From IMG/VR virus record IMGVR_UViG_3300032313_000518, positions 46,969 through 110,968 of that record: a DNA stretch of 64,000 nt, one strand, 5' to 3'. Made by a program: the position numbers and the translations under genes. Of the stretch, positions 48,604 through 56,940 are shown piece after piece; position 1 is the stretch's first letter, and each line of letters starts with the position of its first letter. The DNA is from a virus. The notes beneath the pieces are model-generated. The model was not told the DNA's origin and did not search any database. It saw only the letters and a list, made by a program, of their open reading frames with translations.

Positions 48604-50367
48604 ATGGCAGAAGTAAATGATGATAGAAGTTTTTTTGGTAGATTAAGAAAGTTATTCTCAACACAAGCTGTTGTGCGTATTGATAAAGACGGTAGACGTA
48701 AAGTTGTAGATACCGATGAGAGACAATTCAATACAAACTTTATGAACCTACGTGATAGGTACACAAAGTTACAAAAATCATTCTACGAACAACAAGGTGG
48801 TGCACAATCAATGGCATATGCACAAGTTCGCAGAGAATTATTCAGAGATTATGATGCAATGGATAATGACCCGATACTTTCATCGGCATTAGACATTTAT
48901 GCCGATGAATCAACTACAAAAGATGAGTATGGTGAGGTATTAACAATCAAATCATCTAACGAAAATGTAAAAGAAGCATTACACAACCTATTCTACGATG
49001 TAATGAACGTAGAGTTTAACTTATGGCCTTGGGTTCGTAATATGGTTAAGTATGGTGATTTCTTTTTGGCATTGGAGATTGGTGAGAATGCTGGTATTGT
49101 AAACGTAAAACCATATTCAACATATAATACTGAAAGATTAGAAAATACTGACCCACAAAATCCTAACTATGTTAAGTTTAAAGTGGAGTTGGATGAGATT
49201 GGTAAAAAAGAATATGAGAACTATGAAATGGCTCACTTCCGTTTACTTTCAGATACAAACTTCCTACCATACGGAAAATCAATGTTGGAAGGTGCACGAA
49301 GAATTTGGAAACAATTAACTCTTATGGAAGATGCGATGTTAATTCATCGTATTATGAGAGCACCTGAAAAGAGAGTATTCAAAATTGATATTGGTAACAT
49401 TCCACCGCAAGAGGTTGATAACTATATGCAAAAGATTATCAACAAAATGAAAAAAACTCCATTCGTTGATAGAAATACAGGAGATTACAACTTAAAATAC
49501 AATATCCAAAACCTTACGGAAGATTTCTTCTTACCTGTTAGAGGTGGAGATAGTGGTACATCAATTGAAAACATTAGTGGTTTAGAATATACTGCAACGG
49601 AAGATATTGATTACTTAAAGAACAAATTATTTGCTGCATTGAGAGTACCAAAGGCTTACTTATCATATGATGAGAACGTAAATGGTAAAGCAACTCTTGC
49701 GGCAGAGGATGTTCGTTTTGCAAGAACTGTGGAAAGAATTCAAAGAACGGTGGTAAGTGAATTAACTAAAATAGCAATTGTTCACTTAGCAGCTCAAGGT
49801 ATTGATGATGCTGAAATGGTAAACTTTGAATTAACTCTTACAAACTCATCTACAATCTATGAGCAAGAGAAAGTAAATCTTTGGAGTGAGAAAGTAAGAT
49901 TGGGAACTGATATTAAAGCAATGAATATGTTATCTACGGATTGGGTATATCATAATGTATTTAATATGAGTGAAGAGGAGATAAATACTGAAAGAGCTAA
50001 GGTAATATTAGATATCAAAGATAGATTTAGACACAACTCAATTGAACAGCAAGGTGAAGACCCGGCAAATCCACCAAAACAACAAAATGTGGAGCAGGAG
50101 ATAGAGGAGTTGAAATTGGGTATGAATCAAGACAAAGGTGGTAGACCAAGAGAAGGTAATACTTATGGTAAAGATAAGCATCCATATGGTAGAGACCCTT
50201 TGGGTGATAAAGAAAATCACGGAGAAAGAAAAAGAGAAAATAGAAACATACCAAGTGCAAAATTAGCAAAAGAATATGTGAATGGAATATCAGCTAAAAG
50301 AAAGGTTTTGATTGAAAAATCAGGTATGTTAGATGAAAAAAATCTATTAGATGACACGAAAATTTAA
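48604..50367 (+). CDS. gp20: Portal protein (gp20-like)
   Basis: LMEDAMLIHRIMRAPEKRVFKIDIGN, EDFFLPVRG, L.VPK. Confidence 0.95.
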   Translation: MAEVNDDRSFFGRLRKLFSTQAVVRIDKDGRRKVVDTDERQFNTNFMNLRDRYTKLQKSFYEQQGGAQSMAYAQVRRELFRDYDAMDNDPILSSALDIYADESTTKDEYGEVLTIKSSNENVKEALHNLFYDVMNVEFNLWPWVRNMVKYGDFFLALEIGENAGIVNVKPYSTYNTERLENTDPQNPNYVKFKVELDEIGKKEYENYEMAHFRLLSDTNFLPYGKSMLEGARRIWKQLTLMEDAMLIHRIMRAPEKRVFKIDIGNIPPQEVDNYMQKIINKMKKTPFVDRNTGDYNLKYNIQNLTEDFFLPVRGGDSGTSIENISGLEYTATEDIDYLKNKLFAALRVPKAYLSYDENVNGKATLAAEDVRFARTVERIQRTVVSELTKIAIVHLAAQGIDDAEMVNFELTLTNSSTIYEQEKVNLWSEKVRLGTDIKAMNMLSTDWVYHNVFNMSEEEINTERAKVILDIKDRFRHNSIEQQGEDPANPPKQQNVEQEIEELKLGMNQDKGGRPREGNTYGKDKHPYGRDPLGDKENHGERKRENRNIPSAKLAKEYVNGISAKRKVLIEKSGMLDEKNLLDDTKI

Positions 50368-50385
50368 CAAATAAAAAAAGGTTTA

Positions 50386-50393
50386 TATTTATA
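50386..50393 (+). promoter_or_regulatory. Putative late promoter TATTTATA
   Basis: Octamer 41 nt before ATG 50435. Confidence 0.6.
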
Positions 50394-50434
50394 TGTGTTA
50401 CTATACGGTCGTAAGTTAAATATAGGGTAAATAA

Positions 50435-51316
50435 ATGAAAAAAATAAAACATTCCAAGTTCAAAAATACTGGAGTGTTATTTGAATTATTAGTAAGACAA
50501 ATAACATTAGAGGTATTAAACGGAGACAAAACGGAAAATGCTAAAAAGATAGTTAAGGAGTTTTTTGCTCCTGGTACGGAACTTAATAAAGAGTTGCGTT
50601 TGTACGAACTACTTTTAAAAGAAAAATATAATACGGAAAGTAGAGCAGAGAAATTTGTAGATACCGTATCGCAAGCTCACTCAAAATTAAATGAGGGAAA
50701 GTTAGCTAAAGAAAAATATGGTTTGATTAAAGAAATTGGTGCTAAATTTGAAATAGAGCAATTCCTTTCATCACCGATTACTAACTACAAAGTATTAGCT
50801 TCAATATATAAAGTATTTGAATCTAAAAAATCGGAAAACTACGATATCAAAGATATATTCAATTCAAAGATTACCCTGATTGAAAACATCATAGCAAGAC
50901 CTGCTAAAGTAGAAGCAGTTAAAAATGTAGAATCCGTTAAATTAATGGAAACCTATTCTCAACAAGAAAAAGATTTACGTTTATTGACTTATAAAATTCT
51001 TGTTGAAAGTTTTAATAAAAAATATACTAATTTAGATGAAAAACAAAAAGGTTTGTTAAAAGAGTATATTAACAATATGAGTAACACAACAAAATTCAAA
51101 GATTATGTTGCCGTAGAAATTCCTAAAATTGCAAAAGAGTTGAGATTAATCGAAACTAAAGTTTGTGATAAAGTAACTAAAATCAAATTATTAGAAACAA
51201 TTTCAGTATTAGAAAAAATGAAGATTGGAAAGACTGTTTCTGATTCTCAAGTTTCATCTATTATGCTTTCTTATGAATTAGTTAAAGAATTAAAAAACAA
51301 AGTAAATGGAAAATAA
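50435..51316 (+). CDS. Head-region hypothetical protein
   Basis: 293-aa helical ORF between the portal and the protease. Confidence 0.7.
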   Translation: MKKIKHSKFKNTGVLFELLVRQITLEVLNGDKTENAKKIVKEFFAPGTELNKELRLYELLLKEKYNTESRAEKFVDTVSQAHSKLNEGKLAKEKYGLIKEIGAKFEIEQFLSSPITNYKVLASIYKVFESKKSENYDIKDIFNSKITLIENIIARPAKVEAVKNVESVKLMETYSQQEKDLRLLTYKILVESFNKKYTNLDEKQKGLLKEYINNMSNTTKFKDYVAVEIPKIAKELRLIETKVCDKVTKIKLLETISVLEKMKIGKTVSDSQVSSIMLSYELVKELKNKVNGK

Positions 51317-51872
51317 ATTAAGAGAAATAATCAGAGGTTTAGTTAGAGAAATTCAATCCGAAAAAGAATTGGAAGAAATGACTGGAACTGGTGCAGTTGC
51401 TGGTTATGATACTCCAAACGCATTTTCTAAACCCGGTCAAAGTGGAAAGAAAAACAATAGATTGGCCAAAGTTACTGGTGGAACTGTTGTAGATGATTTA
51501 GAAGAAGCTAAGATAAAAGAAAATATGGGTGTATTAGATTTACAACCTGAAAAAGCAAAACCAACTGCAACTCCTGCGAAAGATGAAAATGATAAAGATG
51601 ATGAAATGGCTAATGTATCCTCAATGGAATTAGTTGAAAATCGTTGGTTAGAATTAAAAAGAGAAGATGCTTCTCCGCAAAAGAAAATAGCAGTAGGATT
51701 GAGAAGTGTAAAATCTCAATTATCAGAAATAGAAAAATTTGTTAATTGGTATTCAAGATTAAAAACTGAAAACAATTTGGACAGAACAGGTTATTATAAA
51801 AGAACATATAGTAACTTAAATACTATCAAAGAAAGATTAAATAAAATAGCGGAGAAAATCCACTCAATGTAA
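51306..51872 (+). CDS. Probable prohead core/internal protein
   Basis: LREIIR leader; multiple (L/I/V)xE sites (LEE, IKE, LVE). Confidence 0.6.
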   Translation: MENKLREIIRGLVREIQSEKELEEMTGTGAVAGYDTPNAFSKPGQSGKKNNRLAKVTGGTVVDDLEEAKIKENMGVLDLQPEKAKPTATPAKDENDKDDEMANVSSMELVENRWLELKREDASPQKKIAVGLRSVKSQLSEIEKFVNWYSRLKTENNLDRTGYYKRTYSNLNTIKERLNKIAEKIHSM

Positions 51873-51873
51873 T

Positions 51874-52080
51874 ATGGCAGGAATAACAAAACAAAGACTA
51901 AAAGAATTAGTTAAGGAAGTAATGGTAGAAGAAACTGAATATCAGGCATTCTTCCAAAAGGCATTAGATAAAGCTGGTAAATCTATCCCATCTATGAGTG
52001 ATGATGAAAAAAAGGCATTCTTTGATAAAATTGATTCAGCTTGGAATGGTAAGGGTGAAAAATCCGAATCCGTAAAATAA
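51874..52080 (+). CDS. Small probable prohead core/internal protein
   Basis: ITKQRLKELVKEVMVEE leader. Confidence 0.6.
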   Translation: MAGITKQRLKELVKEVMVEETEYQAFFQKALDKAGKSIPSMSDDEKKAFFDKIDSAWNGKGEKSESVK

Positions 52081-52087
52081 TAACAAA

Positions 52088-52675
52088 ATGAAGAATCTTT
52101 TAATAGAAACCAAATTATTCGAAGGAAAGGTAGAAGAGGATGCTGGTGGTAGAACTATCGTTAAAGGTGTTCTTCAAAGAGCTGGTGCGGAGAATCAAAA
52201 TGGTAGAGTATATCCAAAGCCTACATTAATGAGAGAAGCTCAAAAATATGAGCAACTTATCAAAGAACGTAGAGCATTAGGTGAATTAGACCACCCCGAT
52301 TCAACTGTAATCAATTTAAAGAACGTATCACACAATGTTAGAGAAATACATTGGGAGGGAGATGATTTATGTGGTACGGTTGAAATCCTTGCAACCCCAT
52401 CTGGTAATATCCTTAAAGAATTACTTAAAGCTGGTATCCTATTAGGTATATCATCAAGAGGTATGGGTTCTACAAAACAAATGGAAGGAAATAAAGTAGA
52501 AGTTCAGGAAGATTTTGAGCTTATAGGTTGGGATTTTGTTTCTAATCCATCTACACATGGTGCATTTATGGTACCTGTAAACGAATCAGTAACAAAACAA
52601 ATTGGAACTGATGTTTGCGGAGACTATTGCAAAGCACAAGATTTAATGAGAGAAATTATAACTGAAATATCATAA
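52088..52675 (+). CDS. gp21: Prohead protease (gp21-like)
   Basis: NQNGRVYP, ALGELDHP, GISSRGMGS, WDFVSNPS.HGA. Confidence 0.95.
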   Translation: MKNLLIETKLFEGKVEEDAGGRTIVKGVLQRAGAENQNGRVYPKPTLMREAQKYEQLIKERRALGELDHPDSTVINLKNVSHNVREIHWEGDDLCGTVEILATPSGNILKELLKAGILLGISSRGMGSTKQMEGNKVEVQEDFELIGWDFVSNPSTHGAFMVPVNESVTKQIGTDVCGDYCKAQDLMREIITEIS

Positions 52676-53232
52676 TGAGCAAGCCATTTGACATATACGA
52701 TTATGTACACAACAATAAGATTAGCTTAAAAGTAGAAGCTAATAGAAAAGCAACTAATGTAACTAAGGGGTACAATGACATTCGTAAAACTAATTTAAAC
52801 GAAGTAAAGATTGTAAACGGAAAGTTTAGCATTAAAGAAAGTTTAAACGGAGATAAAAGACCTTTGAGTAATGAGGTTAAGAAACACTTTTTAGAAATTA
52901 TCTCTACATACAACACATTTCAAGAGCAAATGCAAAGAGCATCCGATTTAACGGAGGTTGCAAATACTTTGGGTGGAATTGTTGAAGCAGCAAAAGAATT
53001 AACTTTAAGAGAAACTGCCGATTGGTTTGATGGTGTGACCGTTAAACGTAATATGGGTGAATTGGATAAGATGGATAAAAGTTTCCAAAAGTTCGCAGTA
53101 GAAGCAAAGGCAATGGATGAAAGATTACATTCATTATACGAAGATATGGGACACATTCTATCTCGTTACTATGAGATTGCGGATATTCAGCCGGATGTTA
53201 TGAGAGAGAGATTGGGTTTAAGAAAAAAATAA
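52675..53232 (+). CDS. Head-region hypothetical protein
   Basis: 185-aa ORF coupled to the protease; LNE, IKE and LRE sites. Confidence 0.65.
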   Translation: MSKPFDIYDYVHNNKISLKVEANRKATNVTKGYNDIRKTNLNEVKIVNGKFSIKESLNGDKRPLSNEVKKHFLEIISTYNTFQEQMQRASDLTEVANTLGGIVEAAKELTLRETADWFDGVTVKRNMGELDKMDKSFQKFAVEAKAMDERLHSLYEDMGHILSRYYEIADIQPDVMRERLGLRKK

Positions 53233-53233
53233 G

Positions 53234-53851
53234 ATGATTCGTTTAACCGAAATGTTTAACTTTGCGGATAGTTCTACTTATGGTAAATTAAAACCACAAT
53301 TAGGACAGGTAATGTCTAATCCTTATGCAAGAGCATTTGCTCCGCAAGTTAAGGAGGGTGATGAACCTGACCACGAAGTATCTATGGCAAATAACACTTT
53401 AGATGCAATCATTAAACATGCTACCGAATTAAAATCTAAAATAGGTGGCAACGAAAAGAACATACCTGCGTGGATTCAAGACCACATTACAAATGCAGGA
53501 AACTTTATTTCACAAGCAGCATCCAATTATCACGAATACGGAAAGAACGAATCAAAGCAACAAATCAAAGAAGCAACTGCAAAGTTTGATTTTGCTCAAG
53601 CGAATGGTATTCAATTCTATGTATCATCTCCAAATAACAATATAGTTTTATTACCACAATCAAAAAAAGAAATTGAAAAGATTGATATGATAAAACAAAA
53701 ATTGGGTGATGGTGCAGATGACGATTTTTTATCATTATTAAAAATCCGTTTAGAAAAGAAATTAGGAATTTCAGTAATACCAAATAAAAGATATGGTGGA
53801 GCTGGTTACGCATTTGACATTGATACTGACAAATTATTTAAGAAATTATAA
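53234..53851 (+). CDS. Probable internal head protein, modular
   Basis: MIRLTEM leader; VKE/G before the DHEVSMA...PAWIQ..IT module; IKE/A before a second module. Confidence 0.6.
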   Translation: MIRLTEMFNFADSSTYGKLKPQLGQVMSNPYARAFAPQVKEGDEPDHEVSMANNTLDAIIKHATELKSKIGGNEKNIPAWIQDHITNAGNFISQAASNYHEYGKNESKQQIKEATAKFDFAQANGIQFYVSSPNNNIVLLPQSKKEIEKIDMIKQKLGDGADDDFLSLLKIRLEKKLGISVIPNKRYGGAGYAFDIDTDKLFKKL

Positions 53852-53852
53852 A

Positions 53853-55502
53853 ATGATTAGATTAAACCAACTACTTAAAGAGGAAACGTTTACCGCAACT
53901 AATAAATCAACTGGTAAAACTTCTGTATTCAAATCTAAAGATAGTAGAGATGCTGCAATCAAAGCAGGTACACATGATGCTATGAAAGATAAAGAACAAC
54001 CAAAATCAGCACCAAGAGCAGCTGGTAATAGTATGTTTGGTGGAGATTATGCAAAAGATAGAGGTGGTGAGGCTCCTAAAGCTGATACTACTTCAACTCC
54101 TAAAGTAGATATGGGTGTAGATTCAGTTGTATATAACAAAAGAACAAAGACAGTTGGTATTGTACGAATGGGAGATGAAAGAGGTGAAACTAAAACTGAT
54201 GCAGATGGTAATGTAAATACCGATGAGTTAGAACCATACAATCCAATGAAGTATCCACACCAAAAGGATGCACAAGTTGCACCATCTACAACAAAAGAAA
54301 TAGATAGTAGAGGATTGTACAAACCATTTTCTCAATCAGCTAACGAACCTAAAAAAATAAATAATCCAACTGAAGCACTTCCAAAAGAAATTTATGCTAA
54401 AATGGATAATGAAGATAGTGATGCTGGTGAAATGGATTATTTATCTTCAACTGATGGTAGTATAAAATATGGTATAGCTAAAGAAGGTGATAAATATTAT
54501 GTAACATTAGGTACTGAAGAAGGTGAAATATTAAAATCTTTTGGAAAAACTAAAGATGCTGGAGAAGCTGCACAAATATTTATGAAAAATTTAGATGCTG
54601 TAAAATCTAAATATAATTTGGATGTGGATTCAAACGAACCAAAAGCAGAACCAGCTAAAAAAAGACCTGGTAATCCTACTGTAAATAAAGAAGCTAAGAA
54701 AACCGCAGAAAAATATGGTATTACTCCTCAAAAGTTGGGTAATGAAAAATATAAAGAAGCAATGTTACAAGCAGCAGTGTCTGCATTAACTGATTCAAAC
54801 TTCCACAGTGAAGCAAGAGAATTAGTTGCAGCAATTGAAGGAAAGCCTGAATTTGCAAAAAAACCGGAGTACCCATCGATGAAAGACCCTAAGTATAAAG
54901 AAAAAATGGCAGATATTCGTAAGAATTCCGCAGATGGTTCGATTTATATGAATGGTACTGGTAAGATTGATGATTATGGTACGGATGTATCACAAGCATC
55001 TGGATGGGATGGTGTTGATGCAGCGGATAGTATTGCATTTACATTAAGAATGAATGGTTTCCATAAAGAAGCAGATTTGATTCAATCGGTATTTGATAAT
55101 AAACCATATATGAAAAATGAGGGTACAATTAAATTAACAAAGTTAATGGAAAATGACCCTTGTTGGAAGGGATACAAACAAGTTGGAATGAAAGATAAGA
55201 ATGGTAGAGAAGTTCCAAATTGTGTACCTGAAGGAGTTGTTAAAGAAGCAGGTATTCCTAAATTATTTTTAAAAATAGAAGCAGTTAAAAAGAAAATAAA
55301 AGAATTAATGGATGCAAGAAAATCTGCAGTAGTTCCATATAATAAAGAAACTGACCCTAAAAAGAAAGAAGCATTAAAACAACCTTTAATTAAATTGACA
55401 GCACAAATAACATCATATCAAAAGAATTTATTAAATCTATTGGATATGGAAGAAAAATATATTCAAACTTTAAATCAAAACGATGAGTTAGAATTATCTT
55501 AA
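53853..55502 (+). CDS. Probable internal head polyprotein; start corrected to ATG 53853
   Basis: MIRLNQLLKEE leader; internal IKLTKLME/N before CWKGY..VGMK...VPNCVP; VVKE/A before a coiled coil. Confidence 0.6.
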   Translation: MIRLNQLLKEETFTATNKSTGKTSVFKSKDSRDAAIKAGTHDAMKDKEQPKSAPRAAGNSMFGGDYAKDRGGEAPKADTTSTPKVDMGVDSVVYNKRTKTVGIVRMGDERGETKTDADGNVNTDELEPYNPMKYPHQKDAQVAPSTTKEIDSRGLYKPFSQSANEPKKINNPTEALPKEIYAKMDNEDSDAGEMDYLSSTDGSIKYGIAKEGDKYYVTLGTEEGEILKSFGKTKDAGEAAQIFMKNLDAVKSKYNLDVDSNEPKAEPAKKRPGNPTVNKEAKKTAEKYGITPQKLGNEKYKEAMLQAAVSALTDSNFHSEARELVAAIEGKPEFAKKPEYPSMKDPKYKEKMADIRKNSADGSIYMNGTGKIDDYGTDVSQASGWDGVDAADSIAFTLRMNGFHKEADLIQSVFDNKPYMKNEGTIKLTKLMENDPCWKGYKQVGMKDKNGREVPNCVPEGVVKEAGIPKLFLKIEAVKKKIKELMDARKSAVVPYNKETDPKKKEALKQPLIKLTAQITSYQKNLLNLLDMEEKYIQTLNQNDELELS

Positions 55503-55524
55503 ATCAAATAAAATATAATTAAAG

Positions 55525-55552
55525 AAAAGCTTGGTAATCCCAAGCTTTTTTT
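55525..55552 (+). terminator. Rho-independent terminator overlapping a promoter
   Basis: AAAAGCTTGG-TAATC-CCAAGCTTTT plus T tract. Confidence 0.8.
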
Positions 55553-55561
55553 GTATATTTG
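55530..55561 (+). promoter_or_regulatory. Bacteroidota-type promoter (CTTG-N20-TATATTTG)
   Basis: -7 box at 55554-55561, 8 nt before ATG 55570. Confidence 0.7.
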
Positions 55562-55569
55562 TGTTATCT

Positions 55570-56901
55570 ATGATAAAACCATTTTCAATACTCGATACCC
55601 GCACCAAAGAATGGCAAGACCGTAAACGTTGGTGGATACAAACCTATAATATCAAATCAGAATTAGGTAGGGAGGATACTCAATCGAATAGTAAGTTTTG
55701 GGATGATGAAGATACTGTTTCGGTATTTGATGCTACTCTATGTGAAAAAATGTATGAGTGGTTTGTTCCAAAGAGTGGTAAAGTATTAGACCCATTTGCA
55801 GGTGGAAGTGTTAGGGGAATTGTAGCAACGGAAATGGGATTCAAATACGATGGAATTGATATATCACAAACACAAATAGAAGCAAATAGAAAACAATCCG
55901 ATAAACCTCGATGGATGGGTGGGGATAGTTACCTATTATTAAATGTATTAGAAGGAAATACCTATGATTTTGTATTCACTTGCCCACCATACTACGATTT
56001 GGAGGTATATAGTGATAATGCGAATGATTTATCAAATATGGCGGATGCGCAATTTGATGATAGATATATTTCTATATTACAAAAATCAGCAGAAAAGTTA
56101 AAGAACAATAGATTCTTTGCAGTTGTGGTATCCGAAGTTAGAGAGGTATCAAAGACAGGAGATTACAAAATTGGAAAGTATAGAGGATTGGTAAACAAAA
56201 CTATTTCAGCAATGGAAGAAGTTGGATTGCACTTCTATAACGATATGGTTCTATTCAACTCACAACATCAGGCTGGAAGAGTGGTAGATACATATTTCAA
56301 ACGTAATCGTAAGGTAGCATCTGTTCATCAAAACGTATTAGTATTTGTAAAAGGAAATCCTGATTTGGCAACGGAAGATATTGAATGGGATGGTACTTAC
56401 AAATGTGTAGTTGGTGGAAAACAATACAAATCATTCAGAGAAGCAGCAATTTCAATCAACCCAAATGAGTTAGTAGCATCTGAAGTAGAAAGAAGATGCC
56501 TTTCACCAAAAACCAAATACAAAGGGTGGCAGGTAATTGGTGAGGAAACATATCCTATCTTAAAATATTGTATAGATGGGTATTACTTTGAATCTCCTGT
56601 ACAGGCAGCAGAGTACATTGAATATAGTGAAACTGAAATTCGTAATCGCTTAGAATCAAAAGCTGACCATTATAGACATTGGAAAAAGTTGGATACTCCA
56701 ATTACAAATATAACTTACGATTCACATGAAAGGACTCTAAAGGATATTCAAGTTAGAGATAAGATACATACGATAAGTTGTGAAGGAGAACTCTTCTACA
56801 CACTAAAGGATGCCGGTGAAAGATTTGGTGTATCGGATGAACGAATCAGACAGAAAATCCAATCGGACAAACATACTGATTACTTTTACTTATTTTCATA
56901 A
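55570..56901 (+). CDS. Amino (N6-A/N4-C) DNA methyltransferase with three C-terminal NUMOD1-like HTH repeats; start corrected to ATG 55570
   Basis: VLDPFAGG (motif I), FTCPPYY (motif IV); repeats GKQYKSFREAA, GYYFESPVQAA, GELFYTLKDAG. Confidence 0.8.
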   Translation: MIKPFSILDTRTKEWQDRKRWWIQTYNIKSELGREDTQSNSKFWDDEDTVSVFDATLCEKMYEWFVPKSGKVLDPFAGGSVRGIVATEMGFKYDGIDISQTQIEANRKQSDKPRWMGGDSYLLLNVLEGNTYDFVFTCPPYYDLEVYSDNANDLSNMADAQFDDRYISILQKSAEKLKNNRFFAVVVSEVREVSKTGDYKIGKYRGLVNKTISAMEEVGLHFYNDMVLFNSQHQAGRVVDTYFKRNRKVASVHQNVLVFVKGNPDLATEDIEWDGTYKCVVGGKQYKSFREAAISINPNELVASEVERRCLSPKTKYKGWQVIGEETYPILKYCIDGYYFESPVQAAEYIEYSETEIRNRLESKADHYRHWKKLDTPITNITYDSHERTLKDIQVRDKIHTISCEGELFYTLKDAGERFGVSDERIRQKIQSDKHTDYFYLFS

Positions 56902-56908
56902 AACTTAA

Positions 56909-56916
56909 TATTTATT
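56909..56916 (+). promoter_or_regulatory. Putative late promoter TATTTATT
   Basis: Octamer variant 24 nt before ATG 56941. Confidence 0.6.
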
Positions 56917-56940
56917 CCATATAACCAAAGGAATAATATT

